Positions 1 to 8,213 of a stretch of DNA of 64,000 nucleotides are shown here, in pieces (the first letter of the stretch is position 1; each line of letters opens with the position of its first letter). Under the pieces are notes generated by a model. The model was not told where the DNA came from. It ran no database searches and saw nothing but the letters and a program-made list of their open reading frames with translations. Origin of the DNA: Myxococcota bacterium (GTDB taxonomy: Bacteria > Myxococcota_A > SURF-8 > G963663525); the NCBI GenBank assembly GCA_963676915.2, contig CAXXVK010000074.1, positions 1 through 64,000 on the forward strand, written 5' to 3'. The position numbers and the translations under genes are program-made.

Positions 1-214
1 AGATCCGGTCGATGTGCTCCAGCACGAGATTCAAAAGCCGGGTTTCGTGCCAGATCTCCAGACATTCGTGGATCAGCGATCCAAACCAGAGCGAGGCTTC
101 CTTCGACTGGATCGGGACAATCTGCTTGACGTAGCGCCAGTAGCAGGCGCGGCGGCAGTTGCGGAACTTCGACCACATCGAATAGGTGGTGGTGAGGCGG
201 GTGTCAGCCGTCAT
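1..214 (-). CDS. PD-(D/E)XK (Cas4/RecB-like) phage-type nuclease, N-terminal part; runs off window start
   Basis: Manual translation MTADTRLTTTYSMWSKFRNCRRACYWRYVKQIVP...LWFGSLIHECLEIWH matches the typical SxS..C.R...Y / G..IH..LE N-terminus. RBS GGAGG upstream. Not in the ORF track. Confidence 0.7.
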   Translation of the reverse strand, partial: MTADTRLTTTYSMWSKFRNCRRACYWRYVKQIVPIQSKEASLWFGSLIHECLEIWHETRLLNLVLEHIDRI

Positions 215-506
215 GGCGCACCTCCCGTCCGTCGGCACATCGTCCATCATCTTCCGGATCCAGCAGAGACGCGGCGCGCAGCAGATAGGAAGCGGCCTCC
301 CGCAATTCCTCAGCCATCAGCGACTCGTCCATGGTCTGCGTGATCTGGATGCCGCGATGACTGAAACGCACGATCCGGCTCAACTTGCCAATCGCGAAGG
401 CGATCGCGAAGGAGGGACTCATCCAAGGGAAATCGGCTCCGTCCGACCGGCTGGTGCGCCGGGGGTCACCGACGGCCTGCAGCATTTTCTCGATCTGCCG
501 CCTCAT
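204..506 (-). CDS. Hypothetical protein (~100 aa, MRRQIEKMLQ...)
   Basis: ATGA overlap with the upstream gene's stop (503-506); RBS GGAGG; overlaps the start of the nuclease gene. Confidence 0.55.
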   Translation of the reverse strand: MRRQIEKMLQAVGDPRRTSRSDGADFPWMSPSFAIAFAIGKLSRIVRFSHRGIQITQTMDESLMAEELREAASYLLRAASLLDPEDDGRCADGREVRHDG

Positions 507-856
507 GCCGAAACCTCCAGACCGTCCATGCGCTGCATATAGCGCCGCACGGTGCTGCGGGCCTGGCACAGAATCTGGCGAACGCGTTCGCGGCTGATCT
601 CGAACTCGCAGCCGACTTCCTCCAGCGTGCGTTCCTCGAGAACGCACAACCGCAGGATGCGCTTCATGCGTTCGGCCTTTTTGGGCTTGTCTTTGCCGAA
701 GCTTTCATCGATGGCGCGCTCGGCGATACGGAGGGCATCCTCAGCCAGCAAGTTTTCTTCGGGATCGGCGGCGGCGGATTCGAGCCGGTTGCATTCCTGC
801 ATGCGCCAGGCTTCGGCGTAGGCGGGATCTTCAGTAGGGAAACAGGTCATGGTCAT
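503..856 (-). CDS. Small protein with sigma-70 region 4 HTH only
   Basis: RTLEEVGCEFEISRERVRQI matches the sigma region 4.2 motif TLEEVG..F..TRERIRQI. RBS AAGGAG. Confidence 0.8.
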   Translation of the reverse strand: MTMTCFPTEDPAYAEAWRMQECNRLESAAADPEENLLAEDALRIAERAIDESFGKDKPKKAERMKRILRLCVLEERTLEEVGCEFEISRERVRQILCQARSTVRRYMQRMDGLEVSA

Positions 857-910
857 TGCTCCTTTTCGGCGGTTCGGACACGCGAGGTGTCGGAAGATGC
901 CGTGCTATAG

Positions 911-926
911 AGCAACGCCCGTGCCA
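911..926 (-). promoter_or_regulatory. Sigma-54 (-24/-12) promoter
   Basis: Minus strand TGGCACG-GGCG-TTGCT matches the consensus TGGCACG-N4-TTGCW, 55 bp upstream of the 856 start. A weak IHF-like site (TACCAGCCAGTTA, 933-945) lies just upstream. Confidence 0.8.
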
Positions 927-1026
927 TGCTGGTAACTGGCTGGTATTACATGGTTAATTGTGATTTACAGGCGGGTTTTCGAAGATTCGAAGAGTTCTGT
1001 GCGTAAAGAGGCCTTGGAAGGGTGAA

Positions 1027-1070
1027 AAGTGCTCTATTAAGTGCTCTATTTCCCGAAAAAGTGCTCTATT
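1027..1070. repeat. Three direct repeats of AAGTGCTCTATT
   Basis: Exact copies at 1027-1038, 1039-1050 and 1059-1070. Confidence 0.9.
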
Positions 1071-1119
1071 TCCAATTTCGAAAAACCGGGAGAAATGAGC
1101 GACAACCCTGTATTTACTA

Positions 1120-1986
1120 GGCAGTGTCGTCACGAGATATCAAGCCAGAGAGCGAGACATCTGATATGAACGGCTGCGAGGAAAGATGCCGCGTTTTTTG
1201 CGTATCGTGTAGCGATTCCTCGCCATCGTTTCAGTTTCAGAAAAGCGTTTTCGACCAGATGTCGAACACGATAAAGCTCTTTATCGTATGGTCGTTGAAC
1301 TTTCCGATTCTTTTTCGGAGGAATGACTGCCACCATCTCCGCGTTTTCGGCTTTTTCAAGGATCACGTTCGTATCGTAGCCGCGATCAGCCAATAAATAC
1401 TCGGCGTCGATTCCTTCGATCAATGCGCAAGCTTCCTTGCAATCTGCTCGGGTACCCTCTGTAACAATCGCTCGGACTGGATTACCATGCGCATCCACGG
1501 CCAAATGTATCTTACTGTTGAGCCCCCTTTTGTACGGCCCATCGCTTGATTGCCACCCTTCGCTCCTGCGGCGTCAGGATGCACTTTGACGTGGCTGGCG
1601 TCGATCATCAACCATTCGTAGTCGGGATCGTCAATGAGGATCTCAAGCAATTTCTCCCAGATTCCCTTGTCGCGCCATCGGCAAAAACGACGGTTCGTGT
1701 TGTTCCAGCCACCGTAATCCGGGGGTAGGTCACGCCACGGCGCACCGGTACGCAGAATCCAGAAAACAGCATTGATGAATCGTCGATTGTCTTCCGCCAC
1801 GCCTCCCCACTCGCCGGAGCGTCCAGGTAGATGGGGTTCCAGGAGATTCCATACGTGATCGGAAATATCGTGACGATGGTAGGCAGCTTCCATGGTAATT
1901 CCTCTCGATATATTCTAGTAAATAGAAATATATCGAGAAGCCGAGGATTTTGTCCAGATAAATCGTTTTCTCGTGTCGACACTGTC
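1120..1986 (-). mobile_element. IS5-family insertion sequence (IS427-like), copy 1, 867 bp
   Basis: 18-bp terminal IRs GGCAGTGTCGTCACGAGA / GACAGTGTCGACACGAGA; TA duplication within a CTAG target; same sequence as 41514-42380. Confidence 0.92.
1130..1893 (-). CDS. IS5-family transposase in two ORFs joined by a -1 frameshift
   Basis: ORF A has the motif WILRTGAPWRDLP; ORF B has DRGYD and RHLVENAFLKLKRWRGIATRY. A shift at AAAAGGGGG (~1523-1531) restores GGLNSKIHLAVD. Confidence 0.88.
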
Positions 1987-2016
1987 TAGGATAACGGCGA
2001 TTTTGGCGATTTCAAT

Positions 2017-2060
2017 AAGTGCTCAATTAAGTGCGCCATTTCTCGAAAAAGTACTCTAAT
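2017..2060. repeat. Degenerate second copy of the three-repeat cluster
   Basis: AAGTGCTCAATT (2017), AAGTGCGCCATT (2029), AAGTACTCTAAT (2049); same 12/20-bp spacing as 1027-1070. Confidence 0.8.
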
Positions 2061-2091
2061 TTCGTTGAAACTGGGCAATTTCTCCTCTAAT

Positions 2092-2129
2092 AAACGACGA
2101 AACCCGCGTCAACTGGATCTGGACGCGGG
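2092..2129 (-). terminator. Probable intrinsic terminator after the SEC-C gene
   Basis: Stem CCCGCGTC/GACGCGGG followed on the minus strand by TTTCGTCGTTT. Confidence 0.45.
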
Positions 2130-2287
2130 GATGATTATGATCGAGGCTTGAATGCCTCGAATTTGCCTGTGAAAGAAGCTCTATTTTCGCTTCTGAATGG
2201 AAGTGATGTCGGCTTCGATAAAACGTAAAATCACTTTATGGTTTTCCCAATATTTAATCCATTCATTTCAGCCCAATTCCAATTCTT

Positions 2288-5200
2288 TTATGGAACTGTT
2301 TCTATATGAGCGCCACTTGATATTGTTGCCAGTGCATCCATTCCATTTCGCATTAGCGTTCGTAAAGTTATAACTGGGTACCCGGTATTTATCACAAAAC
2401 TAGAAGGAATGACCAACGAGGTCAGAAACAACGGCACGATTTTCCAAGTACCTTCACTCAAATTTAGTTTCTGCCTTACTTGATCCCAGTTGTCTTTCAA
2501 CCAAGCTATTCTGGCCTTATGCTTGTCAATTCTAACTTCTCTATCCGGGTAGCGTGGATCCCTTCTAAACAACATGTCAATCTCGCTACCAATTTCTACG
2601 GCATTTCGACTGGGATTCAGTCTTTTACATTCAACACAGAATAAAAGCATTTCGTTGGGATCCACAAGGAGTACATCAATATCGCCAAGTTCTTTGGGAC
2701 TATCGAAGAATTTCCCCGGTGCTATTGGCAAGTTTCTTTCAACACGAATTCCCAGATGTTGATTGCACCATGTATAAGCTCTGTTCTCGAAATCCTTTCC
2801 AAGCTGGTCGTTCATTGCACCGATATAGGATTGCAATTCTTGGGATTTTGCGTGCTTTTGTTTAAATTGGCCGTTCTCGATCAAGTGGTAGAGGTATTTG
2901 ATTGAATTATCGAGGTGCCGAGGCCCCCAATAAACAACCCATTTTTCAGGATCATCTTTGGGATGAATCATCAAAAATGGGCGTCTGATCATTGAGAGTC
3001 TTCTATTGTATCTGTAGGGGAGAATATCATCCATTTCAAAGCCAGTGGGGATATGATCCCATCGGCCTCGTGGCCTAAACGAAAATTCTTCAATAATATA
3101 ACGAACTCTTTCCTCTGCGACCTCTGACTTCTCCGATATCAAACTTATAAGTGCTTCATATTCTTCGCTTGGGCATGAGCTATCATATATTGCGAAGGCA
3201 GCAATAGACATCGATATAAATACACTGAATAACTCTTCTAGACTGCATCCGAATTCAGCAGCAATAGCTGCAGAGAGATCGGGCGGTAGTTCGATCTGGG
3301 GCTTTTCTTTCTCTCTTTCATGTTCGGAGTTCTCTTCTTTGCCAAGATCGTATGAATTATCCTCTTGAGCAGTTTCCAGATCTTCCAACGTTTTTGCATC
3401 CAAGAATCCATCGAGCATGTCTTTTCGATTGAGGTCGTTGCCTATCCGACCACTTTCAAGAATACTTAGTTTGTGGGAAAATACTCGGCAACGAATCTCG
3501 TCTCCCATCGCTCCCCAGTTGATATAATGATATGCGATCGCGAGCAATTCATCAAAATCATCGTCAGAAATTGGCGATGAAGCGGTATGCGGCTCAGCAA
3601 CCAGAAACTCAATAAGGAAGCGTGCCGACAACGCAAGATTCGCAATTTCTGAAGTGTGTTCCGCTTCGAGTTTCGCTTGTTTGGCAGTTCCATGAAAGCA
3701 AGCTGCGGAACGAGGTGCTGTATATTTGGCGAATTGTTGCTTCCATACTGTTCCTTCATTTACTAAAATAGCCTTCTCTAATAGTTGCTGATAGTCATAC
3801 TGTTTAATTTTGCTTCTCATACGATCTAGATGTATGGTGAGAATAGCTTCGTTTATTTCTCGACGATCTTGGTCGGCCACATCCCCCACAACCAAGGTTT
3901 TACCCGTAATGTTGACTACTTCATCAACTAACCCGTCCAGTTGTGACATCATGTTATGTTCACTGAGTTTACGATATGGTGGTAGATGTCGCATCTCTAG
4001 TCGAATGTCTTGGCTTGTGTCAATTCCGTTGAATTTCCTTTTCAATCCAACTGGAGCGATACTTTCAACTATTTGGTCCGTCTCAGATGCGGCAATCTTT
4101 TCTTCATCACAGTATTTATTAATCCCATGAATAATATTTCGAATTAAAAGCCTTTCTGCCTCATTGCTTTGACCGCTGGAAAAATATAGAAATACATCTG
4201 GGAGTGTCAGGATTATTTCGTTGTCAACAACTTCAGCCTGAAATTCGGAGCTCCCATTCCGCAACTCATCAGGTCTGTTATTGCCATCCCAAGTGGATGG
4301 GTTTTCCAGCCGAAAGGAAATTCTAATCGGTTCAGATAATATCACTTTTTGTTGCAGAGTAGGAAGTAGTTGCCATACCCAAAAAGCAAATGTTTCAACG
4401 AGGTGAAATGCCGTTCCAGATAGCTCCTGAGTTTTATAGTCAATATTAGGTCCAACCCATATAGGATATACGCATCCTTCAATGACCTGCTCGTAGTTTT
4501 TCGCGAAAAATTCTCCAATCGGCAAATATATTGGCACTTCATCACTATCTTCATGGCGGCGAACAACCTCTACCAACTTTGTTGGTTTTTGCCATCCCTC
4601 AACAAGGTGCTTATCCCAGGATCTCTTTGATTTGATTCTAAGTTCGCGACCGACGTCAGGAAGAATGTTAAGTAAATTAGGTTTTTGATCATCTGATATG
4701 TAAAAGGACTCACCATGGCCTTTATACAGTGAGTATATATCCAATGTAGAAGCACCCGGGCTGATTTTAACGCTTTTAGTAAACTCAGCCCACCCACGTG
4801 CAAATTTCCAAAGGGTCAGTTGGTCCATATCTCTCATTCTTGTCATGGTTTCTAGATCTTCAGCAAACAGCACTATTTGTTCGCACCCTTTGGGCGGAGC
4901 TTTGAATCCTGCGACTAACATTCTACCAAAATGCCCAATAACAAGAATATTTAAGATTTTTCTGTACGGGGAAGCATTTCCGGAGAGATGTTTTACTACA
5001 ATTTCTAATCTATTTCGCACTTGATCAAGTACTGAGTTTGCATCCCATGATGTCCATGGATCGGTGATGGAATAATTTTCCGCAAAATCGGTAACGACTT
5101 GAACATAACAAGCTATCTCAATATCGATATGAAATAGGACTTCAGTGTATTTTCTATCAGGCTCTGGCTCTAGACCTTCCATTGGAATAGGTTTAAAGCT

Positions 5201-6169
5201 CATGAGCATAGACGATTCTCTCACTGATGCTATTACCGCTTGATGATATGCATATGCCAATTTCTCCCGCATATTTGCTCTGATAGCAGAATTTAATATA
5301 AAATGTCGAATTGTCGAGGTGAATTCATGTGGGGCTAAAACGATGAAATCATCGCCAATCTCTAACAGTGGCTTTTGCAGTGTATACCATTGGTCTTTTT
5401 CAATCTCAGCTTTATCAATCGCATCAGCATGCAATGTAAATGGTTCAATTGCTGTTCGTGGAATATCGCGTAGGCTAAGCAAGGAATAAAACTCATCCCT
5501 ATTGAAAGAAACCCCATTTCTTAGAGTTTCCAGCATTGATTCACCGGGGATTTTAATTTGATCGATTGCGTAGTTTTCATTTGCTTCCCACCTGCCATGA
5601 CCCAGCTTATTTGCCACAGAGTCTGAAATAACGAGAAGCGCTTTTACTGGATCATACACTGAACCTATGAATTCATCGGGGAGAATCTTGCTAGGCGAAT
5701 TAAATACTGCTCTAAGAAGCTGAGTTGTCACGTATGCCCCAGGTCCAACATTGTCGGGATAAACTGTGTAATTGCCACCATGAAAACAAATATTTTCGGT
5801 CACTAGCTGCTCGGGTATATCCTCTTGTGGTTGGGCATCTAACAAATTCTGAGAGTTTGAAAACAAGGAATCCAATTCATTTTTATTTACAACTCTTGTT
5901 CCTTTTACCCGATCAAATTCCTGCAGAAGATGCCATATTGCACGTCCTATTTTCGCCCGGTGCATCAAATTATCTGGATCGACCAACAATCCAGATAGTG
6001 AAGAAAAAAGAGCCGAAGGATCGTGATTTTTAAACATCTTGAATACATCCTTCCTACTTTTCCTTTTATTGCCGAACATTGGTCGTTCAAATATTCCAGA
6101 TCTCAGGCAACATTTTTTATATTTCTTACCTGACCCACACGGGCATTTTGAGTTTCTGCCGATTTTCAT
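2288..6169 (-). CDS. Large SEC-C motif protein with C-terminal PD-(D/E)XK nuclease-like domain
   Basis: N-terminal GRNSKCPCGSGKKYKKCC; C-terminal FE...GDIDVLLVD...CVECKR. Visibly AT-rich. ATG 6169 follows GAGGTG (ORF track starts at 6175). Confidence 0.75.
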   Translation of the reverse strand: MKIGRNSKCPCGSGKKYKKCCLRSGIFERPMFGNKRKSRKDVFKMFKNHDPSALFSSLSGLLVDPDNLMHRAKIGRAIWHLLQEFDRVKGTRVVNKNELDSLFSNSQNLLDAQPQEDIPEQLVTENICFHGGNYTVYPDNVGPGAYVTTQLLRAVFNSPSKILPDEFIGSVYDPVKALLVISDSVANKLGHGRWEANENYAIDQIKIPGESMLETLRNGVSFNRDEFYSLLSLRDIPRTAIEPFTLHADAIDKAEIEKDQWYTLQKPLLEIGDDFIVLAPHEFTSTIRHFILNSAIRANMREKLAYAYHQAVIASVRESSMLMSFKPIPMEGLEPEPDRKYTEVLFHIDIEIACYVQVVTDFAENYSITDPWTSWDANSVLDQVRNRLEIVVKHLSGNASPYRKILNILVIGHFGRMLVAGFKAPPKGCEQIVLFAEDLETMTRMRDMDQLTLWKFARGWAEFTKSVKISPGASTLDIYSLYKGHGESFYISDDQKPNLLNILPDVGRELRIKSKRSWDKHLVEGWQKPTKLVEVVRRHEDSDEVPIYLPIGEFFAKNYEQVIEGCVYPIWVGPNIDYKTQELSGTAFHLVETFAFWVWQLLPTLQQKVILSEPIRISFRLENPSTWDGNNRPDELRNGSSEFQAEVVDNEIILTLPDVFLYFSSGQSNEAERLLIRNIIHGINKYCDEEKIAASETDQIVESIAPVGLKRKFNGIDTSQDIRLEMRHLPPYRKLSEHNMMSQLDGLVDEVVNITGKTLVVGDVADQDRREINEAILTIHLDRMRSKIKQYDYQQLLEKAILVNEGTVWKQQFAKYTAPRSAACFHGTAKQAKLEAEHTSEIANLALSARFLIEFLVAEPHTASSPISDDDFDELLAIAYHYINWGAMGDEIRCRVFSHKLSILESGRIGNDLNRKDMLDGFLDAKTLEDLETAQEDNSYDLGKEENSEHEREKEKPQIELPPDLSAAIAAEFGCSLEELFSVFISMSIAAFAIYDSSCPSEEYEALISLISEKSEVAEERVRYIIEEFSFRPRGRWDHIPTGFEMDDILPYRYNRRLSMIRRPFLMIHPKDDPEKWVVYWGPRHLDNSIKYLYHLIENGQFKQKHAKSQELQSYIGAMNDQLGKDFENRAYTWCNQHLGIRVERNLPIAPGKFFDSPKELGDIDVLLVDPNEMLLFCVECKRLNPSRNAVEIGSEIDMLFRRDPRYPDREVRIDKHKARIAWLKDNWDQVRQKLNLSEGTWKIVPLFLTSLVIPSSFVINTGYPVITLRTLMRNGMDALATISSGAHIETVP

Positions 6170-6260
6170 CTTCACCTCGATAGATTTGACATGAAAGCTG
6201 CATCGCTAAAGAATCATTCTATGCATGGGCCATATACTATGCGAGATAAATAAAATGATT

Positions 6261-7103
6261 TTAGCGAAATATGTGCTTAATCGCATTCTCTTTATTTATA
6301 ATGACAGCTCCTAGATAATACTCTCCCCGCCTGCAGATCAGGATGGACTCCTGCAAGTGCTCCCAAAGCCGTTCCTTCATCTTCGAGAACATCGAACTCA
6401 GATGACTGTCTTCGCCTTTCACGCCTACGCCGAAGTCATCGTATGGAACCATCGCCAGATAGCACTCCTTTTTCTTGCCGGTCCAGGCCTTCTGGGCATC
6501 GCCGAAAACCGCCAGCGCGTTCAACATCTGTTGAGTGACCTCCACCGGTTTACCGTTGACATGGATCCGGTAGCGCCGGTGGCCCACCTCTTCACAAGCC
6601 AGATCGATTTCATCTTTGCCCGTGGGCTTGGGCTTTTTCACCCGCTTGGGCTTGCGTTTGGTTCCTTCAGCCACCCGTTGCTCCCGGTCTTTCAGAAGAT
6701 CCGTGATTTCCTGCAGAATGCTGCTGTTGCCTTCAGCGGTGAAGGGTTTCTTCACAAACGACACCAGCGCCCCAGCCCGTTGCCGCTTCATGATGTCGAC
6801 GACGGTGTTCGTGTCATTGCCATACCCTGAGACCACCAACACCGGCAGGCCGGGATGGTTTTCGAGGATATGGTCGAGCAGGCGTTTGCCGAAATTCACA
6901 TCAGCGGCCGGACTGCCCGGCTCCTGCGGCAGACGCAGATCGAGCACCACATAATCGTAATTCTTATCGGAGATGCTCGTCTTGGCTTCCTCAACCGATC
7001 CGACCTCGTCGTAGCTGTGATTCAGATTTTTGAGATACGATGCGATCTCCAGACGGTTGTCCGGTTCGTCATCGATAATCAGTGCATGATAAAGGGCTTT
7101 CAT
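6261..7103 (-). CDS. Response regulator (REC + probable winged-helix output)
   Basis: LIIDDE, VVLDLRLP (phospho-Asp), VVSGYG, KKPF. The C-terminal ILICRRGEYYL resembles an OmpR-type wing. Confidence 0.85.
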   Translation of the reverse strand: MKALYHALIIDDEPDNRLEIASYLKNLNHSYDEVGSVEEAKTSISDKNYDYVVLDLRLPQEPGSPAADVNFGKRLLDHILENHPGLPVLVVSGYGNDTNTVVDIMKRQRAGALVSFVKKPFTAEGNSSILQEITDLLKDREQRVAEGTKRKPKRVKKPKPTGKDEIDLACEEVGHRRYRIHVNGKPVEVTQQMLNALAVFGDAQKAWTGKKKECYLAMVPYDDFGVGVKGEDSHLSSMFSKMKERLWEHLQESILICRRGEYYLGAVIINKENAIKHIFR

Positions 7104-7115
7104 CGATTCACTCCA

Positions 7116-8213
7116 TCAGGTTCCAAGCGGAACGCGGCAACGGAAGACGGTCCAGGATTCACCGTCGCTGTCAACCTCAATCGCTCCGCGATGCTCCAGT
7201 TCAACCACGCTGTAGGCCAGATAAAGTCCCATGCCCAGGTGGGGCCCCTGTTCCTTCTTACCGGAGGCGAAGGGCGTAAAGATCACCCGCCTGTACTCCT
7301 CCTTGATGCCGGGTCCGCTGTCCCGGATGACAAATTCGATCTCGCCAGCCTCTTCAAACAGAGTAGCGGAAAATTCGACGCGGCCGCCCTCCGGCGAGGC
7401 TTCGATTGCGTTTTTCACGATGTTGATCAGGGCGCGCGCCAGACGTTCAATCACGACCCGTAGATTTACGTCGGGCGGCTCTCGGACAATCAGGCTGACA
7501 CTTCTCTCATCAGCCAGATCCTGCACCGACTGGCAGACCTGATCGACCAGGGATCCGCATTGGACCACGTCAAAGTGCAGCTTCCGTCCCTCCGCAATGA
7601 ATCGCATAGACTCGCTGAAGTCTTCGAGGCGTTTGCTACGCTGAGCAATCCGGTTCAATGTTTCGGAATGCTTGCGCAGGGTGTGGTCGGAGAAGTCTTC
7701 TCTCAACCTAGACAATTGCGAATTGAGTGGATGTAAAAGATTCTTCAACTCATGGGCGAATTCGTTGATCGCCAGCCCTTGTGCATCGCGCAGCGCCGTC
7801 ATGACATCTTTGTGGAAGGCGTTCGGATTCTTGTTGGAAGCCGCTTCGATCTTGCTGGCCAGTCGGTCCAGTGCGCGTCCGTCCTTTTCGTCCTCTTTCT
7901 GCTCGGTAGACTGGCTGCGCAGGCGTTTCACGCGCAGGGCGGCCTTTTTTACATAGGGGTTCGCATCATCAAGCAGGCCGGGAATCAGCTTCCAGAACCA
8001 GGAATCTGGAAGCAGAGTGGCTTTTTCCGCCAGCGCCTGACGCACCTCCCATTTCCCATCCGAGGACAACAGTTTCAGCAGTTTGAACGCTTCGGTCGCA
8101 TCATCACTTTCGCCCCGGCGTACCTGGTCGACGAGATGCTCGACCGCCTTGACCCGGTCGCCACCGTTCGATGACGTCGCCAGTTTTTCAAGATCCCTAG
8201 CCGCGCTTGACAT
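7116..8213 (-). CDS. Cytoplasmic histidine kinase with N-terminal HEAT-like repeats
   Basis: H-box FAHELKN, N-box NIVKNAIEA, DSGPGI, F-box, GMGL. Repeats SDGKWEVRQALA and DDANPYVKKAAL; no TM segment. Start MSSAARD follows GGAG. Confidence 0.85.
   Translation of the reverse strand: MSSAARDLEKLATSSNGGDRVKAVEHLVDQVRRGESDDATEAFKLLKLLSSDGKWEVRQALAEKATLLPDSWFWKLIPGLLDDANPYVKKAALRVKRLRSQSTEQKEDEKDGRALDRLASKIEAASNKNPNAFHKDVMTALRDAQGLAINEFAHELKNLLHPLNSQLSRLREDFSDHTLRKHSETLNRIAQRSKRLEDFSESMRFIAEGRKLHFDVVQCGSLVDQVCQSVQDLADERSVSLIVREPPDVNLRVVIERLARALINIVKNAIEASPEGGRVEFSATLFEEAGEIEFVIRDSGPGIKEEYRRVIFTPFASGKKEQGPHLGMGLYLAYSVVELEHRGAIEVDSDGESWTVFRCRVPLGT

Noticed and set aside
1027-1070. Short direct repeats as a CRISPR array (a Cas4-like nuclease is nearby)
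   Set aside because: 12-bp units with 0-8 bp gaps, no unique spacers and no cas1/cas2.
1420-1531. Split transposase as a pseudogene
   Set aside because: The same break occurs in both copies at a slippery AAAAGGGGG run, consistent with programmed frameshifting.
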